From Intoshia linei (lineage: Eukaryota; Animalia; Orthonectida), in assembly GCA_001642005.1 (NCBI GenBank), contig LWCA01000044.1, forward strand, positions 1-64,000: a DNA stretch of 64,000 nt, given 5' to 3'. Every line of letters begins with the position of its first letter. Positions within the stretch are counted from its first letter, which is position 1. The notes under the pieces are model-generated. The model was not told the DNA's origin. It did no database searches and saw nothing but the letters and a program-made list of their open reading frames with translations. Below, one piece after another: positions 1 to 14,681 of the stretch. The position numbers and the translations under genes were made by a program.

Positions 1-116
1 AATAACGCACTTACAGTAAATATTCGTAAAGATATAATGATTTATAATAAAGTTTCAATAAAAACGACATTATATATGAAACTACCTAATACATATATAT
101 ACTATACTGTATAGTA

Positions 117-329
117 CAGTGGTTTTCAACCGGGGGGTCGCGAAATTTATCATGTGGGTCATGAGAATTTGAACACAGTATAAAATATAAATAAGACTGA
201 ATATGCTTTTTTAATATTTTCATTTATGTGAATTGATAAGATGTTTGAAGTATATAGAAAATTTTAGGGTCGCAAAAATTTTTTATGTTTATAAGGGGGT
301 CACGAACACAAAAAGGTTGAAAACCACTG
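117..329. mobile_element. hAT-type MITE
   Basis: Perfect 15-bp TIRs CAGTGGTTTTCAACC / GGTTGAAAACCACTG flanked by a perfect 8-bp TSD GTATAGTA (109-116, 330-337). Confidence 0.92.
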
Positions 330-378
330 GTATAGTATATATTAATAGAATATTATAATGTACTCTATAATTATAGAG

Positions 379-624
379 CATGGGTTCTTAACCTGGGATA
401 CCGGCAGCCCAGGGGGTGCCAAATTGGTTTTTGGTGTGCCAGAAAATGTTTATATGTATATTAATAGGTATTAATATTAATATGTATATTATATAGGGTG
501 TCCATTTTTTTACCGTAGTTATATTATTAACTTTTTTCGAATTTAAGTTTATTACATTTTTTTAGTGCCAAATCGAATTTTATTGAATTAAGGGTGCCAA
601 GTGGAAAAAGGTTAAGAAATCATG
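379..624. mobile_element. hAT-type MITE
   Basis: TIRs CATGGGTTCTTAACCT / AGGTTAAGAAATCATG; 8-bp TSD TTATAGAG / TTATAGAA (1 mismatch). Confidence 0.85.
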
Positions 625-728
625 TTATAGAATATTCAATATACTGGTCAATGTTAGCACGTACATAATTTTTGTGAAATAGAGAAAATATGACCATATA
701 ACTCATACACTTTTCATTTTATTTAAAG

Positions 729-950
729 TTTTTTCATACCTTGGTCCCTCCTGTTAATAAAATAAACTTTTCCAAAAAACATTATGGCGATAATGTCGAT
801 CGACAAACTACGGAACTAGCTATTTGTAGTGGTAATAATGTAAGAAAAATTTGATTTGCAGACTTAAAATTTTAATTACAGAATTATAGTCCCGTTATAT
901 TGAAATTATTACAAATTATTTTATTGGTAAAAACGTTGCCTCTACTGTAG
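729..950 (+). CDS. Probable last two exons of an unidentified gene with a hydrophobic C-terminus
   Basis: AG acceptor at 727-728, open frame FFHTLVPPVN...ICSGNN, 42-nt GT-AG intron 840-881, then NYSPVILKLLQIILLVKTLPLL-stop. No homology recognised. Confidence 0.35.
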
Positions 951-1108
951 ATACCATATCCGAAAATTGAAAAATATTTTACTAATAATATATTACAGTG
1001 TGTGTTATTTATTATTATCTTTATATTTATATATACAACTATTAATTATATGCTAATATTATTTGAATCTATACATGTACATTGTACAATGTACATTATA
1101 TGTATTCA

Positions 1109-2339
1109 TTAATGATTCATTTGAAAATTACCACTATTTATGTTTGATTTATGAAATTCAATATAACCAAATTTTATACCAGTTCCTACAACTGAAAAAG
1201 CAATTGAATTTATATTTGAATATCTATAAGCAGTACATGCAGCGTGTTGTATATTTACATAGTTGTTGATATCATATGATAAAATTTCATTTAATGATAT
1301 ATGTATCATAAAAATACGGTAATTGGATTCGTACATAGTTTTTCTAGAAATGCAATATTTTTCTTTTGATCCTCCTTTAATAAGACAAGCGGAAATATCA
1401 GCATTTTTTGTAGCATCAATTGATAAATGTACCAGATATAATCCAGACGATTTATTATTTAAAATTGAAATATATCTTCCATTAGTGAATGATATATCCG
1501 GTGTAATATCAACCGCACCAACTTTATCAATGTTTTTTATATATTCTAAAAAAAAGTATGACGATCCTAAATTTGGGCTATATGCCACAAAATTTTTCAT
1601 TATTATGGTATTATCTAAAAACAGATATTATTTTATTATTATTAAACCAAATTTATATAAAGTAATTTTTTATGTAATTATGTCCAACCAGTAACCTTAT
1701 ATTTAAGTAAAATAAATTTTGATGAATTAATTAAATTTAGATTCAATGAACTTAATATTTAATTATGAAATTTAATATTTTTTGTACATAAATTTAAATA
1801 AGTATCTTCATTAAGATTTGTCCCAAAAAAATCTCTGTAATCAATTGGTACTGACTTAGTATTTGTATTTAATTTTTTAAACAATTACCTTCAAATTTTT
1901 CATATTTATGAGAATAGTTATCTAGAATAACAAATGTAATACTTTGTTTCAAATTTGTAATATTTAAGATACTATTTCTGCTGTAATAATTTCTTTCTAA
2001 TACATTTTTTTTGTTATTTGAATTAAAAATATTATTTATTGTATAATCAGATTCATAATCCAATTGAGTAAATATCTCTTTAAAATTTGAAACATTATTT
2101 TTTAATATTTTAAAAGATATCGTTCTTTCGTTTTTGACGTAATAATTTTCTTTGTATTTGTCATTGATAGAATTGATGATTATTGTAGAAATGTATAAAA
2201 AATAAATACCTTCTTTCTTAAATGTTACTATTTTTTTTTCTTTATTCAGTAAGACACATTTGCTTATTTGTGTATTTATATCATTAACATTTAAATTCAA
2301 TTTCATTGTTAATATTGGATATTGATCTAAACATGACAA
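1109..2339 (-). CDS. Uncharacterised multi-exon protein (two long open exons, about 2326-1890 and 1615-1109)
   Basis: ORFs of 156 and 163 aa in AT-rich DNA, each with a TTTAG acceptor near its start and a GTAATT donor at 1889. Full exon chain not resolved. Confidence 0.5.
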
Positions 2340-3172
2340 ATTTTATTAATATTTTATATTTTTATTATTGGCAGATATTAATAATATTATACAGGCCCTA
2401 CTTTACTTGGTCAACATTTCCAAACCAGTAATGGTACGTGTCCGTCAAAAATTTTATTACCCACCAATATCTGGCATGCTATTTACAAATCTTAACCTTT
2501 CATACTATTAGTTATACACTACATATATATATATAACTGTATAACTTCTAGTGATTATCGGTTATAGTGAAAAAATGTTGTGAAGGCATAATTTGATGCC
2601 AAAGAAAACTAAAATTTAATTTTACTAGTGAGAAATTGAAATAATTTCAATCAAAGTGTCGGTAAAGATATAAACAATGCCGGTAATCCCTGATCTATAT
2701 TTATGATAAATATATATATATATATATATATGCAGATTTCTATTTTTTATGTCAAAAAAATAAATAATAATTATAATTTAAAAAAACATGAAAACGTTAA
2801 AATTCCACACAATAATTAATACACTAATACACTAAATCAGTGTCACTAATATTCATCACTAAAATAAGTTACTATTATAGTTGAAAATATATCAAAATGT
2901 AATTCTTTTCTCGGGTCCCACCGATAGGTCACTACGCGGCATTGCGTGTAACAATTGATCATAACAGTATATTATGTATTATATCAATTGACCCGATAGT
3001 TCTCTGACGAAATTAAATAGTCGGTAGGTAGCAACCCCTGGGTCGTATTTTGATCACACATGATCTGGATTTTAAATTATTATCTTAAACTCTAAGTTAA
3101 TTGAAAAATTTTTTACTATTGAAATTGTTAATATAAAAAAATTGTACACGTTAAAAAAAAATATTTTTAATA

Positions 3173-3776
3173 TAGTGAGGCCTCTTAATATTGCAAACTC
3201 TCAATACCGCCACAAATTTAAAAAATTTAAAAAAAAAAAAATTGTCAAAATGTGTTAAAATTTGACTTAAATTTTCAATTTAAATTTTATACAAAAATAT
3301 GGTAGCACTAGTTTACTATAAATTAGTTCATTCTATATTTTACTTTATCGTTAATTCTACTTCATAATTCATTCTATCCTCATTTACAACAACTAATTCA
3401 AATTTTACATACGATTTGTAATATAGTTAACTTTTTTAAAGTATAACAATTTTTTATAGAAAATAGCGAACAAAAAGAGATTAAGATTAAATTTCACAGA
3501 CAAATTTGAAATAATTCGATTTCTACAAATAAATAAAAAATGAAAACAATTCTTAGTTTTTTGTATTCTTAAGATAATAATTATATATCATTATATTAAT
3601 TTTATTCTATTATATTGTTTTGGTTCGTTGAATTATCGTTTTTTTGTTATTTTACTGTATATATTTATGTTTATTGTGTAATCGTTATATAATCGATATA
3701 CTCTCAATACCGCCATACTCTCATTACCCCCATAAATATTGAAATACCAAAATTGGGGTATTGAGAGGCCTCACTG
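3173..3776. mobile_element. Tc1/mariner-pogo-type MITE
   Basis: TIRs (C/T)AGTGAGGCCTCT(C/T)AATA, TA on both flanks, internal repeats of CTCTCAATACCGCCA near 3198, 3701 and 3718. Confidence 0.8.
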
Positions 3777-4045
3777 TATGTTGATCATTTAATTTTTCAG
3801 TGACATTATCGTGATTAGAATTGTAAATAATTATTCAAAATGTGTCATTTCAATTGATTACATTTACATAAATTGTATCTATAATATTACAGACAAAAGA
3901 TTCAATATTAAAGGTTACATTTAAAATTATATAAAAGCAAATAATGATATCCATCAATTTACTATATTTTATATTGTCTTATTCTATTATTTATTTTAAT
4001 CACTAAATATTTTTGTGTTCACCTTTGAATCTTGTGAATTATATA

Positions 4046-4531
4046 TTATAACATTAAAAACTTACTTTCCATATTTGTTGAAGTTGCGTATAATATACCA
4101 AAAGTAAAGGCTATTAGGATTATTGTGACAATAAAAATTAAAAAATTTTTGGTAGTTATCTTAAAAAATGGTTTTTTCTTTGATTCAATTTTTTTTTTAG
4201 TAAAAAATGAGATTTCTTTATTAGATTTTAATGTATTACAATTGATATCGTGATGAGTATAATTTTTGTTGTGATTCTTAATTATTTTTTCTCTTTTTTG
4301 AGTAAACATTTCATTCAATTGTCGACATGTATACGTCTGATTAGGTTCATTCAACGTATCTGTGCAGTAAATGGGAGACTGAGATGTACATTGATTAAAG
4401 TTGTATATTATATCCTTATCGTAGAAATTTTTACATTGATTTGGTTTAAATGTACATGCTTCTCTGTTATTTAATAAATTCTCTTCATATAAATTACTGC
4501 AATTACATTTTTTTGACGAATTTTGTGACAT
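4046..4531 (-). CDS. Orphan 161-aa protein with a C-terminal transmembrane helix
   Basis: ATG-to-stop ORF; Cys-containing N-terminus, basic stretch, then FLIFIVTIILIAFTFGILYA. Confidence 0.6.
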   Translation of the reverse strand: MSQNSSKKCNCSNLYEENLLNNREACTFKPNQCKNFYDKDIIYNFNQCTSQSPIYCTDTLNEPNQTYTCRQLNEMFTQKREKIIKNHNKNYTHHDINCNTLKSNKEISFFTKKKIESKKKPFFKITTKNFLIFIVTIILIAFTFGILYATSTNMESKFLML

Positions 4532-7245
4532 TTCAAAATATTATTTTATTTTCGATATACATGTATATTTGTTTTTTGCTTTGAATAAAAATCTTGCAAT
4601 GTATCATTAGTATGGATATCAAGTAGTAATCATTTCATCATGATTTTATGGTTGACCATGATTAATAAAAAAGAATTTAATTTTTAACACCTTGAGTAAA
4701 TCTTTTCATGTAAATTTTTTATTTATTTTTAATATACACTATTTTAGTATCCTTACAATGATGAATTTAAAGATTATTTTATTATTCCATTCAATTGTTA
4801 TTTGCATTGGTATTTATGTCTCGAAAACTATTCAACTTTTTTGATTAATGTGCAATTTTTACAACTGATTGTGAATAATATAAGCTAAAACAGTCCAAAA
4901 TAAATAAAATTAGAATATTTATGAGTTATAACACCCACATAATTGTCCGACTTTTAAATTACGCTTGTCGATGTAATTTTTACTGAATAACAAGTGAGAC
5001 TTGACAATGAATTACAATATACTGTAATTTATAAACATTTACATGATAATTCTTTTTAGTATATCGTACATTGTAACAGTATTGTTAAGTTTTTTAGTAT
5101 ATTCATAAATTTATGTTTTTAACAATAACTCATGAATGAAGTAGTGCAAAATAAATTAAATACAATAACATTATCGCTCCAGGGAACCTATTTTCGGCAT
5201 TACGGTGAAATTTAATAACAAACAATTACTATTGTGATTTAACATGACGAAAATTTTTATTGATTCCGTTACATAGTTCAAATTAAAAATTTGTAAATGT
5301 ATAATGAATCAAAAAAATACTTAATTTACGTCTAGAATTTTAATATATTTTGTTTGTCATAAATCTGTATACACCCATAAACAAAATATTTAATAAAATA
5401 CTAATTGACTTATAAGTAAGAGGTTCATCTAACAACTTGAATTATTTTAATGATGTATTAGTAATACAGTACCACTTTGTCACATACATGTATTATCCAC
5501 TTCGACAACCCTACTTTAATATACATTTTGCATTATTACGGAAAGATTATTTAAATATGAATCAATATCATCAGTGTCACGTAATCTCGTAATTATCGTT
5601 TCCCAATCTTTTGACTTTTTCTAGCCGGTAAATATGTATAGCTATATTATCAGGCCAGTAAAAACGTGGTAAATTAAAGTCTAGAACCGTCTTTAATAAC
5701 CGTGGCCCAATCTTTCTCTTGGAAAACGATTTTTCGGAAACATAAAATATAATAAAAAATAATGAAAAAATTTTTTAAATTACCGTATTATTCTCTCTAT
5801 AACTCGCCATTATTGGGTTTATAAAAAATTGGCGAGTTAAAGAATTTAAAACTATAGAAACAGTACATCAAACCTTTAAATTAAAGCTTAAATTGTAATT
5901 AAATTAAAATAAAAATTGTAATGAGCCATTCTCTGTCTTAAATTAAAAAAACAATAAATATAAATTATACACTACCATATTTCTTTTTACTTATTTATAT
6001 TGTTTGTTAGTTTGATTTGTATACTATCAATATATTATTAAATTATTATAGAAAATTTAATATTATCGATTTATTTAGATATTATGACGTAAAAAAATAA
6101 AATATACTATATTTTAAAATACATTCTCAAAAGGAATGCACATAACCACACCAATTTTGACTAAAAAAGTAATACCAACATGGTAAAGTGCAGAAAATTA
6201 AACTCTATCGAATGTGCGTAACAATGATGCGGTTAGTATTTAAAAACATGACTTAATTATTAAAATATTTAATTATTTGTATTAATTAGAATTATATGAT
6301 TATACTTAAATTAATGTTAATTAAAGTTTTAATTTATTAGAACCTAGAGATGAAACACCGTTTTGTCGTTATAATTTACGATTTATTAATACAATAAATG
6401 TATAACGTAAATATTAAGTTCAATTTGTAACGCCGTAATAATTTTATGCGTATTTTGAACCGAATTTATAATCTAATTACAAGAATATTTTTTTAAATTT
6501 CGGATATATCTGTTAACTACGTTCTTATCTCACTATTCAATATATTACAAACCCAATTAATTAAATATTTATAGGAATCATCAAAAAACAGATGTTCAAA
6601 TTTTATCATATTTTTTACGCGTAACGCCGTAACGGTTTTTAACTGTAAATATACGGTTTAATATTTACTTATATGTAACATCGTGCAAATAACTATGTTG
6701 TACGATGTTATGCGCGCATTTTAAGTCTATCCATAAGTATGGGTCTTGGATACTATTTCCTGTAGGTCACTTAAATTGAAATATTTATATTTTATTTGCT
6801 AGAGAATGGTTTTTATACAAGTTGTAAAATTTAATACTAAATAACTTAGCTTCTTTTGAAAAACTTTAAGTTTATATTTTTTTAGTTTAGTTTAAATTAA
6901 TGGGGAGTTGTGAAGAGAATACTGTATAATAATTGTCGTGTCGCATGAAGATAACGACGCATGGGAGTAAAATTTTGTTTTTTTGTCAAAAACTATTTTT
7001 ATAGTTTCGTGTATTCCTCTCTCTTCCAATACCCTATACATCTTCCCTAACCCATTTATACGGTTGCAATCTCTTAATCTAATCTTGTTCTTTAATTTCT
7101 CTAAAAAATTTGGCAGGTAGTCGAACCAAGGAATCTCCGATTATACTTCATCATAGTAGGCACTGTGCTAAATCGTCGTTACATATTTAAATTTTTTTTT
7201 TAAAAAATTATTAACATTTTTATTTATATTTGAATTTTTATATTA

Positions 7246-8521
7246 TTAGGTGATTCACAAAGTTATGTCGTTTTTATTGATACAATTGATTAGAGACGCT
7301 ATTTCACCGATAAGATTTCACATATTTCCAAATATAAAATATTTTTTAACAATCATGTGTACGACCACATCAGATGAGAACGTAATTTATTTAAATCTAC
7401 ATTTATTCAATCGCCATTGTGCGAAATATTTTAATGATTTTGAGGGACATTTACGTCATATTTTACTGTATAAGTACTTTAAGGACCTTAGTGCAGTGGT
7501 AGCTACCAAAAATATATGTGATGTGTATGGTAAGGATGTTTTAAATGACAGAAAATGTCAAAGATGGTTTAAAAGATTTCGAAATGAAAACTACACTTTA
7601 ATGGATTTTCAACGTTCCGGTAGACCTTCAACTGTTAATATTAATCAAATAAAAAGTGAATTGAAAAAATCTTCAATTTAAACATATCAATCGCTTTCCA
7701 TTGTTGCCAGCTGTTTAAAAAACCAGTGCCTATAATTGTTTGAAACGTTTACAAAAAGTCAATAAGTTTGGAATATGGGTATCCCACTTATTAACGATTC
7801 AACATACATTAAATAGAAAAAACATGCCAATTATTACTAGCCAGACTAAAAAATGAACCGTTTTTAGAAAATATTGTGACTGGTGATGAAAAATGGATAC
7901 ATTGTGATAATACTAAATTGAAAAAACAATGGCATCTTCCCAGGAATCACCGATATTGATTCCAGAACTCCATGGTAAAAAGGTAATAATGAGTATTTGG
8001 TGGGATATGAAAGGTATACTTTATTATGAGTATATTAAAAACAAAGAAACCATTAATGTAAAAAATTATTGCGAACAATTGGATAAATTGACCGATGCAA
8101 TGTACCGTAAAAGACCTCGAATGTTCTCTAAAGGTAATATTATTTTATTACATGACAATGCTAGACCTCATACTGCTATAAAGACTAGATAACATTTAAT
8201 GGACCTTAATTATGAGGTATTAGATCACCCACCATATTTTTCAGACATTGCTCCTTGTGACTATCACTTTTTTAGGTCGATGAGTAACCATTACCATGGA
8301 AAAAATACGATTCAATTGAGCATTTAAAATCTAAGATTGATACCTTTTTGACAAATAAAAGCCAGTTTTTTTCAAAATGGAATTAAGAAGCTACCGGAAC
8401 GTTGGAGAAGAATTGTTGAATGCAATGGAGAATATTTTGTAGAATAAAGGTTAATCAAAATTGTTATTATAGAAGTTTTAATTATAGTTATAAAAACGAC
8501 ATTACTTTGTTAATGACCTAA
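7246..8521 (+). mobile_element. Full-length inactive mariner (DD34D) transposon
   Basis: ~31-bp TIRs TTAGGTGATTCACAAAGTTATGTCGTTTTTA with 3 mismatches, TA TSD, ~1.28 kb. Transposase motifs CQRWFKRFR..RSGRP, IVTGDEKW, HDNARPH, HPPYFSDIAPCDY with 34 codons between D2 and D3. Stops at 7679 and 8190 plus frameshifts. Confidence 0.96.
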
Positions 8522-10154
8522 TATGTTTATTATAGTCAATAAATAAAAATTCAATTATTCTAATTATTAAAAAATTAATGTAAAAAGCCCCTTTATTTTC
8601 TGTTGACCAAAAAATTTAATACAAAAAAACCCATTTTGTAGTTTGCTCAAAAAATCAATAAAAATAAAAAATTAAAGTAAAAAACCCTTAATAAAATGGT
8701 AGAATGGATCAATTTCATGAAATTAAATTTACATGTATATGTGGAATGCCTTCCTCAAAGGGTTATTATATTTCTATCTATAATAAATTGTATTTTTTTT
8801 CTAGTTTTCGTTCTACTAAATTTTTCCACAACTGCATCAAAATCGATATTATCGGCATCTCTTTTGATTATAACGGAAAAAATTCATATATCGACAATTT
8901 TAATACCGATAATTTAAATTAAACTGGTGTTAAACTCCGATATTAAATTAATAGATATAAAACGTAAACAATGATAACAAAAATTATTCAATAAACTCAA
9001 TTTGATGGGTCCGAGAAAATTTTTTTTAATTTTACTCAATGTTAATATACAAATGAAAATATTTTAATGCACATTTGTCACACCAGGGACGCCCTGTACC
9101 CACCCATATCCGCTACGCATAGGTTGTACATCATTTATTTAGAATTATGACAATTTAAGTTCCCAATATTTATTGGAAATAAAAAAAAATATAAAACAAT
9201 ATTAATTATATTTCTTAAAACAATAAATTTGTAACAATATCAATACATATTTTAAAAATAATGATTCTTGGCTATCATTTTTTTTGAGATTTCAATATCA
9301 AATTTTCAGATTGTAATCTAAATAATAAATTTACATAATTTAAGTTAATAAATACATAATATATTTATTATTATTCATTGAATAATTTTTTATCAGCCCT
9401 GGTTAACAATAAAAATTCCATATTACTAATAATATTAACAACATTTTTTCTAAAATGAAACACGTAGTTAATAAAAATAGGATAACGAGCTTATCGAAAA
9501 AACTGAATAATTGAAATTATATTATAAAATTAATTATGAACATTTAAATTAAATTTTAATGCATTGATTGACACTATATTCTAATGTATGGTATTCAAAC
9601 ATTTTTAAAAGTATATGTTTCAGAAATTTAAAAATTATTTATTAATGCAGATGTCGAAAATTCTTTTTAGCACCAATCCCTGTATAGCAGCAAAAAAATT
9701 TGTTCTTAATATTTGAAAAATAATTAAAAATATCTTGAGACACCAAGGGTAGAGTTTCATCCACCAAAATACAAAACCAAAGCTAATTTTCCCATACTCC
9801 ATAAAATTTAAACCATAATAAATTTTTTATGCTAGTTTTATCATGTACGGTACTTTATATTACAAAATTTCAAATCAAATCAAATATTTATAATGTTTTA
9901 TTATTAATTGGTGTATTTATGGTTACATTATCGAATGTATACCACGCGAAGGATTTAATTGAAAATACCCAAATAAATTATATGATTAACTAAAGTTTTT
10001 CAAATTTCAAAATTTGAGAGTACCGTGGTGAAAATTGACTAAAACACTCAAAATTAAAAATTTTACAAAAAATAAAAACTGAAATAAATTACTTAATTTC
10101 AATTTCAACGAATATTATTCTCAAAAACATGTAAAAATGTATAAATAAAATATT

Positions 10155-10742
10155 TTACCTAATAACACTTTCATTTAATAATTTGATTTCATCTTCATAA
10201 TTGGCGCATTGCTTCTCTAATACCTTTGCGTATTCTATTGTTTTCGTTTCTTTTTCTTTTCTCATGCTAAATATTAAAAATAATTATTTTACATATATAA
10301 TATGCCAGAAAAAAAAATTATTTGATTACTTTCTGGATTTTTTAGCAGCTTCGTTGTTAAGTTTTCGCTTTTCATAATATTTTGCGTCCTTTTTATCTGC
10401 AGACACTGGTTTACATGGACGTCTCCGTTTTTGAGGTAGATTTTTCATGAGTATATTTGAATGATTGGACGGTTCAGTTTTAAATTTTTTATATATATGG
10501 TTATATAAATGTGATATATCATTAGTAGTAGAGATGTTTTTCTTTTTTAAATTATCTACTATATCATTCAGTGATTTTTTGCTAATATCGTTAATTTTTC
10601 CATTTTTTACAGATTCACTTTTTCCATTTTCTTGTGGCATTAATAAGGACATATTTAAAGTTCCTGGTTCATTTAATGTAACACCATTATGATTTTCAAC
10701 ATTTTCTAATGTTTTATCTTGGGTATTTAAATCTTCATTCAT
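10155..10742 (-). CDS. PAR-family bZIP transcription factor (HLF/TEF/DBP/Pdp1/giant-like)
   Basis: Basic region KKDAKYYEKRKLNNEAAKKSR; intron 10329-10267 restores NMRKEKETKTIEYAKVLEKQCANYEDEIKLLNESVIR. The 3' end could splice further. Confidence 0.88.
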
Positions 10743-12662
10743 CTTGCAGCAGTATAATATGCTTATACTTAATGTTTACTATTAAAATTTGTGTTTTGTT
10801 TTTATAGACAAATACAGTTTTGGTTAAAACAACGCAATAATGATTTTGTTCTAGAATTCAACAATACTTGATAAATGACCAGTTTATGTTTGTTCCTATT
10901 TTTATTCTAAATTGTATTATGATATAACTCCAAGTAATTCGATTGGTATTCAATTATTTATAGAACAAGGAATATAAATGTTACACGTACAATTCCAAAT
11001 TTAATTAAAATACGTGATTACCATGCAATCAAAATATGTTATGTCATAATTAATTATACGTTGGAGATAATCAACAAATTTATACAAAGAAAGTGTTGTC
11101 CACTACTATTGCATAAACGGACTTATAAACAAAGTTTAGCAACGGCTGGCTATTAATATTTATTGTGTAAATCGATTATGTCGCATTCTAGTGATTCTTA
11201 AATATAAACTCATGTAGAATAACATTTGGACTAATGTCCATTTATATAGATGTGGGACAATTTAAGTTTAATAAAATACACTATAATGTATTAATTTTCG
11301 ATTTATCAAATAGTTAACATTTTTCTGTTACACTTACCATTTATAATTATAATTATTTAATGTATTTTAGTGTACACTTTACTGTTACAATAATTGAAAT
11401 TTTACATTCATGAAATATTTACAATATGAGATAAATAACTGTGATTAATACACATTGAATTCGTTGAAAATTTAGCCAATACATTTTTATTAATAAAACA
11501 TTTATATATACAGCCGTTCATTTTAGCCATACATATCGAACCTTTCTTAAATTGTAACAAATATCAATTCAAGTACTAAAAATAAAATTTTGTTGTTTTG
11601 ATAAACATAACAGTTAACAATTATTCAGCAATTTATCGTACCAGAACTACACATGGTACTACACACTTAATTGTATAACATATCATAGTTATTGATATAA
11701 TAGAAATCAACGTATCCTAAATTGTATCATCACAATTTGGATCCAACAAGCTATAAATTCTATAATCCAGAATTTAAGTTAACGATGAAATTATTCAAGC
11801 GTGTAAGGGCCATTGTAACATTAGATAATTAATTCTTAAACTAAAATAAGAATATACATGTTCAAAAGTATATACAATCAATTTATATACATATAAAAAT
11901 TTACGTATTAGAATAATCAAAACTGTTTTAATTTTATTTATTATAATAATATTTTAGTAGGGCATTTTATGGAAAAAATTTTTTGATAAAAATTAAAAAT
12001 TAGTTTTTTTTGGTAGCTTATTTTTTACCAAACTTTGCTGCGGTATTTTAAATGTACATTTTAAACAAAGTAAAATTAAGTATTTATGAACATTTATGTT
12101 CAAACAAACTATGATGAAATACGTCAAAGTTTGGTGATAATAATATTAATTAAACCCCTTTGAATTTGGAACAAAAATATCGTTAATAATAAATATATCG
12201 CCAAAATTGTGTAATATTAATTGTATTTAATAAAATTAATAGTAATATAATTATATATAATGTATATTATATTATTTATTGTAGTACAGCGGTTACAAAT
12301 GGGGAGGGGGATAGGATTCAGCAAGGGACTCTGATATTCCACAATATTTAAGATGTAACTTTATTAAATTAGTATTTAGGGCCCTTAGAACCCTTCACTT
12401 AAAATTTAAAATAATATTTGAATTTTACCGATAAACAGCTCAGAAATTGTGATTTATAAAATACAAAATTTTTATAAATACACTTTTTGGAATATTTAGT
12501 ACATTTTATAAAAATTTGCATATGTTTTTCTAATAAACAATGGGGCATACAATATATTCATACGACTAGGGCCTAGTCGTTTTTGGGGCCAATTTTGTAG
12601 TATATTATTAACAATAGCGTATAGAAATTACAATATAAACTAAATCAAATATTACTGTATAC

Positions 12663-12670
12663 TAATAATA

Positions 12671-12714
<44 letters not shown>

Positions 12715-12720
12715 TATAAT
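12663..12720. repeat. (AAT)n microsatellite
   Basis: Run of AAT triplets with minor interruptions. Confidence 0.9.
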
Positions 12721-14681
12721 GGTTTAAGCTGTCCCTGATTAAATTAAAATTTTATTGTAGACATTATAAAATTTTGATATACAATGTAGTAAAGATACAA
12801 TGCATATTTAATATTTTTATTTTTCGATCCGGTTTTAAACCGAGTTTAAATTTGTTCAATCGATCTTAAATCGGTTTTTTGGAAACACTAATTACTATTT
12901 TTCTAAAATTCTTTAAATAGGGTAATCCAAGCACATAGCGAGTGAAAGTCATAAATAAATTTTGCAAATTTCGCGGGCCGCAACAATAAAAAAATTTTAC
13001 GCAATTATTTCATCATTCCTCCTCTCTTAGTTTTGTGCTTTTACCCCAATTTCAAAATAATTTTTTGCTCTTCGACTGCTTATTTAGATTATAAAAATAT
13101 TTATTTTAAGTTTATTAACACACTTATTCACATTTTATTGATCATTGCCGTTATATCGATGTCGATTTTGGTTGTGGACATTTGTAAGCAAGCATTAAGT
13201 GTCTCACCATTAGATCAAGTATAAGTGAAAAAAGTAAAAATTTACGGTTTACAATAATATTATAATTATTGTTAATAATAGGTATAATAGTGTTACTCAC
13301 AGATTTATCAGAAAATTACTACGAGTATCATGATATAAATATTACGCCAATTACAAATATAATTAGTATTTTATAAAGTCATAAAATTAGTTTTATAAAA
13401 TTTAATTATCTAAAAAGTTGGAAATTAAGAATAATGAGTACAGAAAGACACAATTATTTCTAAAAAATTTAAATTTATGTCAAGTTATGTGGTAATTATG
13501 ATATTTCTGTAAACAAATGTTATCAAACGGTGCACCTGTCGCATTTTTGCGTCTCAGCAAATGTTATGTGTGTTCAGCTAAATTGAAAACGAGTATACAC
13601 CATTTCACGGACTGTCAGTTAAATAAAAATTTTTGATTTTTCTTTTAAAACAAATTTTTTTGGTAAATTTAAAAGTGTCAATTTAGGTTTAATAAAATTA
13701 AAATCAACAAATCTAGTTTGAAATTCCACATCAACGTTCAATATATACAATTTATATATAAGGTGTATATTATACATCCTAACTTATATAATTATATCAA
13801 TAGCATATCTTAACTTATATAAAAGGCTACGCGATTTTTGTTTGTGTGTGTTATGCTTTATTTACAAAACTACCCGTCTTAGAATTTTTTAAAGACCACA
13901 TTTCAAATACAGTTTTTGTCGGAACGCATATTAAAATAAATTTTAACCTCCCAATTGCACATCTTACGGGTCAAAAACCCCAGTTGTCTCTCTTTTTGAA
14001 AATCAAACGAATTGAAGAATTTAAAAAAATATATACGCTGATGCGGATTTTAAAATCATAAACGTATTTTAATCTTTAATTTAAATCGTATTTTAGTGGG
14101 TTTATTTGTTTTTAATACGGCGTTTTATTTTAAACTGTATAAACGTGGCTACTCGGATATATAGTTACATAGATTCTATTTTCTAGACAATTATTTTCAG
14201 TGTGGCCCATTACCCGAAAAAAATTCATAAATCAAATTAATAATTCATAGATTGAATCAAACTGAAATATATGTACAAACCAGTACAAAATAGTAAAAAA
14301 AATTTAAGAATGAGGCAATTAATTAATTTTTATATAAAAATATAAAAGCAAAAAAATCCAATTCGCCCTAGATAATGATTCATTACACTCACTCACACAG
14401 AGTATTGAAATTGAAATTTTTTTCTACATTGAACCTTTGTGATGAGTCATTAACTCTTAAATGAATTATCAAGTCTAAAGAGAAAAATTACGTTAAGAAA
14501 TCAAATAGATTATAACATGTATTAAACCAATTTATGGTCTTCTTTTACTTGTTAATGTTAACAAACATTTTTTCTTCTACTACGAGTCGATTTCAAAGAT
14601 AATACTGTTTGTCTAATAATTCCGATAAAGAAATCATATAAAATACATTTGCTTTATAACTTTTATTAACATAATTATAAT

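Noticed and set aside
7110-7180. A-box/B-box-like strings (GGTTCGACT on the minus strand), also near 60400
   Set aside because: No cloverleaf can be built; at most a decayed SINE head, too weak to call.
8696-8922. Two overlapping ~72-aa plus-strand ORFs
   Set aside because: No recognisable motif or convincing exon chain; likely chance ORFs.
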